IMG/VR virus record: IMGVR_UViG_3300029369_000006
Location: 1-40,819 of that record
Reading direction: 5' to 3' (one strand)
From: a virus
Length of the DNA: 40,819 bases
Both the position numbers and the translations under genes were made by a program. Under the pieces are notes generated by a model. The model searched no databases. It saw only the letters and a list, made by a program, of their open reading frames with translations, and was not told the DNA's origin. Below, in pieces: positions 7,674-15,709 of this stretch. Each line of letters begins with the position of its first letter. Position 1 is the stretch's first letter.

Positions 7674-9941
7674 ATGGAGCAGAGGACAAGCCTTGCAGAA
7701 ATAATTGAATACATCGATCCTGGTTCCCTGAGCTATCAGGACTGGGTGAATGTCGGAATGGCACTGAAGCTGGAAGGCTATCCGATCAGCGTCTGGGATC
7801 AGTGGAGCCAGAAAGATTTTAGCAGGTATCATTCTGGAGAATGCGAACGGAAATGGAGAACCTTTTCTGGAGCATCTTCACCTGTAACTGGTGGGACGAT
7901 TGTTCAGATGGCAATCGAACATGGCTGGGTGCCTGAAAGAGGGCATGAACTAGACTGGAACGACAGCATCCAGATTGACAGTGACCGTGTTGTTGTGGAT
8001 AAGAACTGGCTGGAAGGAAAAGAAATTCAGGAGCCTGAGAACTGGAATCCAGCTGAACAGCTGATCACATATCTGGAAACCCTGTTTGAAGCCGGGGAAA
8101 ACGTAGGGTATGTAACTGGAAGCTGGGAAAAGACAGATGAAAAAGGCACTCGTTGGCTTCCACAGAAAGGTTCCTGGGACCGTACAGCCGGACAGCTCAT
8201 TGAACAACTGAATAGCTGTAATGGTGATATAGGAGCAGTACTAGGAGATTACAATCCGGAAGCAGGAGCGTGGATCCGCTTCAACCCACTGGATGGAAAC
8301 GGCTGTAAAAATGAGAATGTAACAGAATACAGATATGCACTGGTCGAATCAGACCATATGGATATCGAACAGCAGAATGCTATTCTGCGTGAGCTGGAAC
8401 TTCCAATAGCCTGTCTGGTGTATTCCGGAAAGAAAAGTCTTCACGCTATCGTGAGAGTGGATGCAGCTGATTACAGTGAGTACAGGAAGCGTGTAGATTA
8501 TTTATATGAAGTATGTCAGAAAAACGGGATTGACGTTGATACGCAGAACAGGAATCCTTCCAGATTATCCAGAATGCCCGGTGTGCAGCGTGGAGAAAAG
8601 AAACAATTCATTGTAGATACCAATCTGGGAAAAGCATCCTGGAATGAATGGTATGAGTGGATTGAGGGGGTAAATGATGATCTCCCGGAACCGGAGAAAC
8701 TGGAATGTGTATGGGATAATCTCCCGGAGCTGTCCCCATGTCTGATTGAAGGAATACTCAGAAAAGGACATAAGATGCTGATTGCAGGTCCTTCCAAGGC
8801 TGGTAAGTCATTCCTGCAGATAGAGCTGTGCATTGCCATCGCAGAGGGTAAGAAATGGCTGCAGTGGTATTGTGCGCAGGGACGTGTGATGTATGTCAAT
8901 CTGGAGCTGGACAGAGCGAGCTGTCTGCATCGATTCAAGGATGTTTATACATCTATGGGAATCGCGCCGGAGAACCTTCAGAACATTGATATCTGGAATT
9001 TGCGAGGCAAATCAGTACCAATGGATAAGCTTGCACCTAAGTTGATCAGAAGAGCTGCAAAGAAAGATTATGTGGCCATAATCATTGACCCGATCTATAA
9101 GGTTATTACCGGCGATGAGAACAGCGCGGATCAGATGGCTAACTTCTGCAACCAGTTTGACAAGGTATGCACAGAGCTTGGCTGTGCGGTAATTTACTGT
9201 CATCATCATTCAAAAGGAAGCCAGGGAGGCAAGAAGTCCATGGATCGTGCTTCTGGCTCCGGAGTATTTGCCCGTGATCCGGATGCGCTGCTTGACCTGA
9301 TTGAACTTGAACCTACAGAAGCATTGATGAAACAGGAAGAGAATAAAGCAATCTGTGGTGCCTGCAAGAGTTTTTTAGACGCTCATTTCAAGTGGCAGGA
9401 TGACCTTTCGCAGGATGATCTTCTAAGCAGTACACAGATGCTGGACTACTGCAGAGGGCACCTTGATAAGTGGCAGATGATAGCACTGGAACGTCAGATT
9501 GAGGAAGCAAAGAAGACTGTGAAGGCAAGAACAGCATGGAGAATAGAAGGAACACTGCGAGAATTTCCGAAGTTTGATCCAGTAAATCTGTGGTTTGATT
9601 ATCCGGTACATCGTATCGATCAGGTTGGAAGTCTTAAGGATCTGCAGTTGGAAGCGGAGAAACCGATGTGGGAAAAAGCAGCACAGAAAAGGAAAGAAAA
9701 TGCTCAGAAAACTCGTGAGCGCAAGCTGAATGAATTTGAGATTGCATTTCAGAATATTGAGTTTGATGGCAGAGAAATATCTGCTACGGAATTGGCAGAT
9801 GCATTAGATACTAGTTCTAAAGAATTGCTTTCTTGGCTTGGAATTGGCAAGAGGAGAAAGAAAGAATTAACAGATAAATTTGAAAAATATCAGGGTGAAG
9901 ATGGAAAGATATATATAAAAAGAAAGGGTGCGCAAGACTGA
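7674..9941 (+). CDS. bifunctional primase / RepA-type (AAA_25-like) helicase
   Basis: The N-terminus is PriCT-2-like (YQDWVNVGMALK...WDQWS). A central primase-polymerase-like region follows. The P-loop is IAGPSKAGKSF with Walker B IIIDPIYK. Confidence 0.8.
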   Translation: MEQRTSLAEIIEYIDPGSLSYQDWVNVGMALKLEGYPISVWDQWSQKDFSRYHSGECERKWRTFSGASSPVTGGTIVQMAIEHGWVPERGHELDWNDSIQIDSDRVVVDKNWLEGKEIQEPENWNPAEQLITYLETLFEAGENVGYVTGSWEKTDEKGTRWLPQKGSWDRTAGQLIEQLNSCNGDIGAVLGDYNPEAGAWIRFNPLDGNGCKNENVTEYRYALVESDHMDIEQQNAILRELELPIACLVYSGKKSLHAIVRVDAADYSEYRKRVDYLYEVCQKNGIDVDTQNRNPSRLSRMPGVQRGEKKQFIVDTNLGKASWNEWYEWIEGVNDDLPEPEKLECVWDNLPELSPCLIEGILRKGHKMLIAGPSKAGKSFLQIELCIAIAEGKKWLQWYCAQGRVMYVNLELDRASCLHRFKDVYTSMGIAPENLQNIDIWNLRGKSVPMDKLAPKLIRRAAKKDYVAIIIDPIYKVITGDENSADQMANFCNQFDKVCTELGCAVIYCHHHSKGSQGGKKSMDRASGSGVFARDPDALLDLIELEPTEALMKQEENKAICGACKSFLDAHFKWQDDLSQDDLLSSTQMLDYCRGHLDKWQMIALERQIEEAKKTVKARTAWRIEGTLREFPKFDPVNLWFDYPVHRIDQVGSLKDLQLEAEKPMWEKAAQKRKENAQKTRERKLNEFEIAFQNIEFDGREISATELADALDTSSKELLSWLGIGKRRKKELTDKFEKYQGEDGKIYIKRKGAQD

Positions 9942-10135
9942 ACATAACCTAGATTGTGAGCAGTGCGCACAACCATATTTTTTATGGTCATGTTCACGGG
10001 TGCGCATAACCGTAATTTTATGGTCATGAGCAGTGCGCAAAAAGAGGGGTGCGCAATATATACTACGTATATAGGTTGTGCTCCCCCCACCTAGCGGGGT
10101 AGGTAGTCGTGCGATAAGCTCACGCACGACGACCA
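9927..10135. other. putative replication origin (iterons, A+T palindrome and G+C hairpins)
   Basis: Five copies of (G/A)GTGCGCA lie at 9927, 9962, 9999, 10032 and 10048. TTTTATGGTCATG is duplicated at 9980 and 10016. GAGCAGTGCGCA is duplicated at 9958 and 10028. A perfect palindrome TATATAC-TAC-GTATATA sits at 10057-10073. A hairpin pairs GTCGTGCG with CGCACGAC at 10106-10130. The region is immediately downstream of the primase-helicase. Confidence 0.5.
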
Positions 10136-10192
10136 CCCACCCGCACTCAGGTGGGCACCATACCTTGAGCAGTGAAAGAAGGAGTTGAAAAA

Positions 10193-10588
10193 ATGAGCAC
10201 TGAATTTTTTTTGGCTATGAATCCTCCGACAGTAACACACCAGAAACATAAAGTTGCTGTCGTGAATGGCAAGCCAGTATTTTACGATCCACCGGAATTA
10301 AAAGCAGCCAGGCAGAAACTGATGGCATATCTTGGCAGGGAAGTTCCGGAAGAACCATATCGAAAAGGTGTTCGATTGGTAACGAAGTGGTGTTTCCCTG
10401 ATGATGGCAAACATGGCAATGGTGCATACCGGATCACAAAACCAGACACGGACAATTTGCAGAAGCTGTTAAAGGACTGCATGACCAGAGTTGGCTTCTG
10501 GGAAGATGATGCTCTTGTGGCATCAGAAATTGTAGAAAAGTTCTGGTCGCAGGTTCCCGGGATTTATATCAGGATCGAAGAATTATGA
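10193..10588 (+). CDS. rusA: RusA-family Holliday junction resolvase
   Basis: Contains KPDTDNLQKLLKDCMT plus a C-terminal DD..V motif typical of RusA. The ATG at 10193 is preferred because AGGAG lies 8 nt upstream. Confidence 0.85.
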   Translation: MSTEFFLAMNPPTVTHQKHKVAVVNGKPVFYDPPELKAARQKLMAYLGREVPEEPYRKGVRLVTKWCFPDDGKHGNGAYRITKPDTDNLQKLLKDCMTRVGFWEDDALVASEIVEKFWSQVPGIYIRIEEL

Positions 10589-10809
10589 CAGGACAGGAAT
10601 TGACAAAGCTCTGGGAGTTGTACCCAGAGGCAAGAAACTTATATGAACAATATAACGGTATTCTGGTTGAAGATGATCCAGCCTGGAAAGAACTCACAGG
10701 CACAGCGGAAGCGTTGATCCGAAAGAGTAACACAGAATTATGCACAACAGTGATTCTGGAGACTGTACGTCAGCTGGAATATCTTGCAAAGAGGAGAAAA
10801 GCCGGATGA
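10585..10809 (+). CDS. hypothetical protein
   Basis: 74-aa ORF with an ATGA start/stop overlap with rusA, suggesting translational coupling. Confidence 0.6.
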   Translation: MTGQELTKLWELYPEARNLYEQYNGILVEDDPAWKELTGTAEALIRKSNTELCTTVILETVRQLEYLAKRRKAG

Positions 10810-11189
10810 ACAAGATGCGTGAATATGAGCGAGGCCGTGAAGATGGTCTTGATCTTGCCCTCAGGATAGTACGTCAGGGGGGAATTGAAGCTCTGGAGAA
10901 AGAAGTCAGGTTTCGGAACATTACCGGAGTACATACATCACTGGCAGTAAAGGATTTGGACAAAGCATCTGAACAGATCAAGGCAATGACCTTGGATACC
11001 TTTACAATACTAAGTATTGCAGTGCTGCATGATTATTTCGGATTCGGTCAGATTCGATGCCAAAGATACATGGATGGCATGGACAAGGGAGCTGAGTATC
11101 TGACAAATGATCTGGCAACATGGCCGGATTATATCGAGAGCATAAAGGAACAGCTTGGTATGAAGTTGGAAATCAGATGGAATAACTGA
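10806..11189 (+). CDS. hypothetical protein
   Basis: In frame with ORF-track 10740..11189. The ATG at 10806 overlaps the previous stop (ATGA). Confidence 0.6.
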   Translation: MNKMREYERGREDGLDLALRIVRQGGIEALEKEVRFRNITGVHTSLAVKDLDKASEQIKAMTLDTFTILSIAVLHDYFGFGQIRCQRYMDGMDKGAEYLTNDLATWPDYIESIKEQLGMKLEIRWNN

Positions 11190-11202
11190 GGAGGGATAGC
11201 TT

Positions 11203-11358
11203 ATGGATAAGACCTGTGCAACATGTATTGAGAATGACGATGGTCTCTGTGACCGCAAAGGAATCCTGGTCCATGATGATGATACCTGCAGTCTGCATAA
11301 AGAATCATGGAAAGATGCAATGTTAAGTCAGTTCAACAGAAGAACAATGAGGTATTGA
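11203..11358 (+). CDS. 51-aa Cys-rich mini-protein
   Basis: ATG follows GAGGAGGGATAGCTT. Translation is MDKTCATCIENDDGLCDRKGILVHDDDTCSLHKE (CxxC...C...C). Read by hand. Confidence 0.5.
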   Translation: MDKTCATCIENDDGLCDRKGILVHDDDTCSLHKESWKDAMLSQFNRRTMRY

Positions 11359-11448
11359 GTCCTTCATTCGTAATGAAGGGGTCGTGAAAATAGACAGAAA
11401 GGAGCCAGCCTCCGGCCGGGGCAAGGGTATACCGGGCTTCTTGAAAAG

Positions 11449-12663
11449 ATGGAAAAAGATTTATCCACAGAAGAGTGGAAGCAACAGAAAAAAGAACAGA
11501 GAGCTATATTTACGGCACGTCAAAGGCTGCCTTATGAGCTAAAGCTGAAGCGACAGGCACGAAGAGCCTGGCAGTTTTATGAGGAACTTTTAAGCAGAGA
11601 TATGAATTGTCATGTCAGTGTTGGAGGCTTAGACAGTATCACGCTTTATATTTGGTTGCTGAGCATTGGAATCGAAGTACCGGCCATATCGGTAACACAT
11701 GTAGAAGATGTCAGCATTCAGAGAGTACATAAGGCACTGGGAATCGAGATTGTCAGATCATACAAATCTAAAGTTCAGGTATTGAATGAGATGGGATTCC
11801 CAGTAATAAGCAAGAAGATAGCCGGCAGAATCAACCTGTTACAGAATCCAACACCAGATAACAAAACAGTACGACATGCAATTATTACTGGTGAATGTGG
11901 AGCACAGGGGCACTTTGCCAAGAACAGCAGAATGCAGTTACCGAAGAAATGGCTCAATAAGTTTGGCGGCTATGAAAATGAGAACGAAGGTACGCATTAT
12001 GGAAAACCGGATCCAGAAATCAAGGTATCAAAGGAATGTTGTTACTGGTTAAAGGAAAAACCATGCGATGACTGGGCGAAACAGCATAACAGTGCACCAT
12101 ATCTTGGAATGATGGCCAGTGAAGGCGGCCAGAGAGAGAAAGCACTAATCGAGCATGGCTGCAACTATTATGGCAAGACAGTAATCAGATCTGCACCATT
12201 TGCAATCTTTTTGAGGCAGGATATATTGTTGCTTGCTTTGGAGATGGACAAATGGTATCACGATCATTTAGATTATTTCGAAAAGAAATTCCATGAACAG
12301 CCTTATGGGAGAAATAAGGACGGAAGTCCTAAGAAATATGTCCCGGTAGATTCTATTGTTCCGGCAATATATGGCATGATCGAAGAAAACGACATTGGAG
12401 TGTTGAGAACGACAGGTGCTCAGAGAACCGGTTGTGAAATGTGTGGTTTCGGAATTCATTTGGAACAGCGTCCACATAGATTTGACCGGTTACGGGAAAG
12501 AAATCCGAAAGCCTGGGAGTTTTGGATGTACCGTTGTTGTACAGATCCGGAGACTGGCGAGAAATACGGATGGGGAAGAGTACTAGATTACATTGGAGTT
12601 GAGTGGGAAGATATTCCACCTGTACAGATGACAATATTTGATTATCCGGAGGTACTGCCATGA
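11449..12663 (+). CDS. PAPS-reductase-family PP-loop protein (IbrA/DndC-like fold) with Cys-rich C-terminal domain
   Basis: A degenerate PP-loop, SVGGLDSITL, replaces the canonical SGGKDS. The length is about 400 aa. The C-terminal region contains TGCEMCGFG and several further Cys residues. Confidence 0.7.
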   Translation: MEKDLSTEEWKQQKKEQRAIFTARQRLPYELKLKRQARRAWQFYEELLSRDMNCHVSVGGLDSITLYIWLLSIGIEVPAISVTHVEDVSIQRVHKALGIEIVRSYKSKVQVLNEMGFPVISKKIAGRINLLQNPTPDNKTVRHAIITGECGAQGHFAKNSRMQLPKKWLNKFGGYENENEGTHYGKPDPEIKVSKECCYWLKEKPCDDWAKQHNSAPYLGMMASEGGQREKALIEHGCNYYGKTVIRSAPFAIFLRQDILLLALEMDKWYHDHLDYFEKKFHEQPYGRNKDGSPKKYVPVDSIVPAIYGMIEENDIGVLRTTGAQRTGCEMCGFGIHLEQRPHRFDRLRERNPKAWEFWMYRCCTDPETGEKYGWGRVLDYIGVEWEDIPPVQMTIFDYPEVLP

Positions 12664-13022
12664 AAAAGAATACACCAGAACAACAGTTGAAATTACTATG
12701 CAGCCTGATAATCCGTGAACGTGCTACGTGGACATTCATCAATGAAAATGGTTGTAATGATCCATTTTGGCCGGATGGCTGTAATCTGAATCTGACCAGG
12801 AATCATATTATTTCGTACAAAAGAGCTATCGCAGAGTTATGTGAGAAAACTGGAATGACACTTCCAGAAGAATATTTCCTGAAAGTTCCGCCGGAAGTTG
12901 ATGATAATTATATGGCGAATCTGAAACAGAAAGAGCGTGTTGAGCGACTGAGAGAGCAGGGAAATAAATTAAGTCAGAAGAAACAGAAGTTTGCAGACGA
13001 TGGACAATTGGAATTTTGTTAA
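12660..13022 (+). CDS. hypothetical protein, translationally coupled to the PAPS-reductase-like gene
   Basis: 120 aa. Its ATGA overlaps the upstream stop. It has conserved-looking Cys/Trp positions (NENGCNDPFWPDGCN). Confidence 0.6.
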   Translation: MKKNTPEQQLKLLCSLIIRERATWTFINENGCNDPFWPDGCNLNLTRNHIISYKRAIAELCEKTGMTLPEEYFLKVPPEVDDNYMANLKQKERVERLREQGNKLSQKKQKFADDGQLEFC

Positions 13023-13036
13023 GGAGATGAAGAACA

Positions 13037-13228
13037 ATGGCAAGGACACCTGAACAGATACCAGTATATTTGATGTCACTGGAATGTTGCTATACATGCG
13101 AACATTATTCACATGACTATGCAACATGTAAGAATCCAACATCTCCTAGATACGGAAAAATAACATGTGTTGATGATGGTTGTAAATACAGGGAAGGGAT
13201 AGGGGGAGATGAAGAATGGATAAACTAA
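13037..13228 (+). CDS. 63-aa Cys-rich protein
   Basis: The sequence CCYTCEHYSHDYATCKNPTSPRYGKITCVDDGC carries seven Cys. An SD (AAGGAGATGAAGAAC) precedes the ATG. Confidence 0.6.
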   Translation: MARTPEQIPVYLMSLECCYTCEHYSHDYATCKNPTSPRYGKITCVDDGCKYREGIGGDEEWIN

Positions 13229-13602
13229 CACTGAAAGAATTAAGGCAAATGTCAGGACAACCAGTATGGTGCAAGGATTTAGAAGTGTATGGAATCATCA
13301 AATGTGAATCTAAAGGTAGGTGGAGTGGAAAACCGTTTCTTGTAGGAGTTTTTTACAGTTCAGAATATGGAGTAGCCCACAATTTTGAATATGATATTCA
13401 GAGAAGAAAGCTGACGTGTTATAGAGTGATTAATGAAAAGCAGATATCGAAGAAGCCTAAAAATATGAAGTCTATTCCAGATTTTTCAGGTAGATATTAT
13501 ACAACAAAAGGGGATTGTCCTATTTGTGGAGCAGAAGGGTTGTATAGATCAAGCCTGTATTGCAATAAATGTGGACAAAAACTTGACTGGGGAGAGGAGT
13601 GA
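13216..13602 (+). CDS. hypothetical protein with C-terminal zinc ribbon
   Basis: 128 aa. The C-terminus reads CPICGAEGLYRSSLYCNKCGQKL. Confidence 0.6.
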   Translation: MDKLTLKELRQMSGQPVWCKDLEVYGIIKCESKGRWSGKPFLVGVFYSSEYGVAHNFEYDIQRRKLTCYRVINEKQISKKPKNMKSIPDFSGRYYTTKGDCPICGAEGLYRSSLYCNKCGQKLDWGEE

Positions 13603-13606
13603 TAAA

Positions 13607-13900
13607 ATGGCATATAAAAATCACGAAGGTTATCCGGATCCGACTTCCGGACAGGCAATGCAGAACACCCACTGGGAAGAATTACAGCAGCTGCGTGAGA
13701 AGGAACATGGCCTGAAACGCGGCCAGAAGCTTGTACTCACTGAAATGTACAGAGAAGAACATAAGCCGGCCAGAAAGATTCAGAGAACCTATATCGTTCT
13801 TGAGCTGTACAAGTATTGTGTATTGTTGAAAGACGATAAGGGTTATCGTACAGCACCGTCTTACATACAGCTGCAAATGATGATGAGGGGTGTAGTGTAA
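13607..13900 (+). CDS. hypothetical protein
   Basis: In frame with ORF-track 13526..13900. The ATG at 13607 follows GGAGAGGAGTGATAAA. The N-terminus is MAYKNHEGYPDPTSGQAM. Confidence 0.6.
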   Translation: MAYKNHEGYPDPTSGQAMQNTHWEELQQLREKEHGLKRGQKLVLTEMYREEHKPARKIQRTYIVLELYKYCVLLKDDKGYRTAPSYIQLQMMMRGVV

Positions 13901-14313
13901 TGGAAATTAAGGTCACAAAAGATCTGCTGGACCGGTACCGGAAGTTAAAACAGGAAATACCAGTACTGGAGCTGGAACTCCTGATGATGAAGAATACAGA
14001 GGCAGGACTGGGGAATGATACGATCTTCGATTACCAGACCGGCTATCCCAGACCACAGAGCGTTGTTGGGTTTGATCAGAAGAAGTATGACCGGCGGGAG
14101 AAGGTATTGGAACGCAAAAAAGAAAAGGTCAAGGCCATGGATCAGTGGATTGACGACATCAAGGACGGACAGACCAGATGTGTGTTCCGGATGTTCTATA
14201 AGCAGGGGATGACCTGGAAAGCGATTGCGAAGCAGATCGGTATGCCACACAATGAGGATTATCCGAGGGTATGCATCAGGGATGCTTATTTGAAAAAAAT
14301 GAAGATTACATGA
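13900..14313 (+). CDS. late-gene transcriptional activator, sigma-70 region-4-like HTH (ArpU/RinA/DUF1492-type)
   Basis: 137 aa. The N-terminal LLDRYRKLKQEIPVLELEL motif and the C-terminal RCVFRMFYKQGMTWKAIAKQIGM HTH fit this class. It is the last gene before the packaging region. Confidence 0.6.
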   Translation: MEIKVTKDLLDRYRKLKQEIPVLELELLMMKNTEAGLGNDTIFDYQTGYPRPQSVVGFDQKKYDRREKVLERKKEKVKAMDQWIDDIKDGQTRCVFRMFYKQGMTWKAIAKQIGMPHNEDYPRVCIRDAYLKKMKIT

Positions 14314-14315
14314 CA

Positions 14316-14342
14316 ATTTTTCGGATATTTCGGTAATTTCGT
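14316..14342 (+). repeat. three tandem 9-bp units ending in TTTCG(G/T)
   Basis: The sequence ATTTTTCGG ATATTTCGG TAATTTCGT follows the activator stop codon directly, then GTATGAT (-10-like). Confidence 0.6.
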
Positions 14343-14488
14343 TGTATGATGAGAATGTAGCCAAAGGCTTAGAGGCCGGCGGCTCTTTCCCCGCTTCTCC
14401 GAAAAGAGAAGTTACAAGTACCCTTTTATCCCTAAGGGAAAAGGTTATTGCTTATCCTGATGACTAGAGGCTGGTCCGAAAAGCATAC

Positions 14489-14563
14489 CGGAACATAGCT
14501 CAGCAGCGGTAGAGCAGAGGCATTTCAGCACTTGTGTCGGTGGTTCGAGTCCATCTGTTCTGA
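14489..14563 (+). tRNA. tRNA-like gene with non-canonical anticodon arm (best reading anticodon UUC, Glu; no encoded CCA)
   Basis: The acceptor stem CGGAACA/TGTTCTG is 7 bp with one G-U. The D arm is GCTC-AGCAGCGGTA-GAGC. The T arm is GGTGG-TTCGAGT-CCATC. The variable loop is GTGTC. Only 3 of 5 anticodon-stem pairs form in GAGGC-ATTTCAG-CACTT. Confidence 0.55.
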
Positions 14564-14619
14564 TCACGTGAGGGAAGCGCGTGAATGTGGGTTTTTCATA
14601 ATAATATCTCCTTAAAGGG

Positions 14620-14646
14620 GCGGAGCTGGCAGCAGTTCCGCTTTTT
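14620..14646 (+). terminator. rho-independent terminator
   Basis: A 9-bp stem pairs GCGGAGCTG with CAGTTCCGC (one G-U) around a GCAG loop. TTTTT follows. Confidence 0.75.
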
Positions 14647-14654
14647 GAAATATT

Positions 14655-14681
14655 AAGGTGTCAAATTCGGACACCTTTTTC
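14655..14681 (+). terminator. second rho-independent terminator
   Basis: An 8-bp stem pairs AAGGTGTC with GACACCTT around a 7-nt loop. TTT follows. Confidence 0.7.
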
Positions 14682-14847
14682 TAATGCCAATTTTCGTACA
14701 GCGTGCACAGCACCAGCGCATACATACTTTAGGCATGGATTCACTGTATGTAAGCGTTAGCACCTCCTTTCGTCACGGTAGCAATCGGCTGTCGTGTATG
14801 GTGCTGGCAGGACTGTATTTTGAATAAAAGAAAGAAGGTGAGCCTGA

Positions 14848-15351
14848 GTGACAAAAAAACAGAAGATTTTTGCAGATGAATACCTGATAGACCTGAATGC
14901 CACAAGGGCTTACAAGGTAGCATATCCGGCCGTAAAGAGGGATGAAACAGCAGCTCAGGCTGGCAGCAGGATGTTGAGAAATGTCAAGGTTGCGGATTAT
15001 ATACAAAAACGGATGCAGGACCGTCAGAAACGCACAGAAATAACGCAGGACAGGGTTCTGGAAGAACTGGCGGCTATTGCTTTTGCAAGAGCTACTGATT
15101 TCGCAGAAGTAAAAGACGGATTCGTTATCATAAAAGATACAGCGGGGTTATCAGAACAGCAGATCAAAGCTATTGCCGGAATAAAAGAAGGCAAGTTTGG
15201 CATTGAACTGAAACTGAATGACAAGGAAAAAGCATTGGAGCTCCTCGGCAGACATCTCGGAATGTTCAAAGACAGGATGGAAGTATCCGGCCTGGAAGAA
15301 GAGAAAAAGAAACTGGGAGATATCCTGGAACAGTTGCGTGGTGGTGGATAG
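14848..15351 (+). CDS. terS: terminase small subunit (Terminase_2 / P27 family)
   Basis: GTG start after GAAGGTGAGCCTGA. The N-terminus KQKIFADEYLIDLNATRAYKVAYP...AAQAGSRMLRNVKV is characteristic of the family. Confidence 0.9.
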   Translation: MTKKQKIFADEYLIDLNATRAYKVAYPAVKRDETAAQAGSRMLRNVKVADYIQKRMQDRQKRTEITQDRVLEELAAIAFARATDFAEVKDGFVIIKDTAGLSEQQIKAIAGIKEGKFGIELKLNDKEKALELLGRHLGMFKDRMEVSGLEEEKKKLGDILEQLRGGG

Positions 15352-15364
15352 TGAAAAATAAAAC

Positions 15365-15408
15365 TTGACTTTTGCCAGACATAATATATAATAGAATTAT
15401 GCCAGACA
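15365..15408 (+). promoter_or_regulatory. near-consensus sigma-70 promoter bracketed by direct repeats (putative operator)
   Basis: TTGACT (15365-15370), 16 nt, TATAAT (15387-15392). TGCCAGACA is repeated at 15373-15381 and 15400-15408. Confidence 0.7.
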
Positions 15409-15425
15409 AAAAAAGAGGTGAAACA

Positions 15426-15590
15426 ATGAGTCCACGAACCGGCAGACCAACAGATAATCCTCGACCAAATAAAATTAGTATTCGGATTAGTGATTCGGAT
15501 AAAGAAATTTTGGAAAAATATTGCGAAAGAGAAAAAGTGAATAAGACAGAAGCAATTAGTAGAGGAATAAAAATGTTGGATAAAAAGTAA
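15426..15590 (+). CDS. ribbon-helix-helix (CopG/Arc-like) DNA-binding protein
   Basis: The ATG at 15426 follows AGAGGTGAAACA. Translation is MSPRTGRPTDNPRPNKISIRISDSDKEILEKYCEREKVNKTEAISRGIKML, with the beta-strand then helix-helix pattern. Confidence 0.7.
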   Translation: MSPRTGRPTDNPRPNKISIRISDSDKEILEKYCEREKVNKTEAISRGIKMLDKK

Positions 15591-15628
15591 AACAGTCGTA
15601 GCACCGACCAAAGCACACACGACTGTTT
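15590..15628 (+). terminator. stem-loop after the RHH gene (possible terminator or attenuator)
   Basis: A 10-bp stem pairs AAACAGTCGT with ACGACTGTTT around a 19-nt loop. A second hairpin, CAGAAG-TTTC-CTTCTG, lies at 15632-15647. Confidence 0.45.
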
Positions 15629-15709
15629 GTCCAGAAGTTTCCTTCTGTAAATATTATAATGCAGATGGGAATTTCTTTCAAGAACCAAAATTTGAAAGGA
15701 GTTTTTATT

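Noticed and set aside
14489-14563. Suppressor tRNA and stop-codon recoding of the phage
   Set aside because: UCA is present in the anticodon loop only in a shifted register. TGA, TAG and TAA all terminate well-defined genes here, for example rusA (TGA), the N-terminal terL piece (TAG) and the RHH gene (TAA). All large genes are uninterrupted in the standard code.
14708-14806. Long-range 8-bp inverted repeat (CAGCACCA / TGGTGCTG) upstream of terS as a pac/cos structure
   Set aside because: Eight base pairs separated by about 80 nt is within chance expectation for this length. There is no supporting periodic repeats or asymmetry, so it is mentioned only as a place to look if termini map here.
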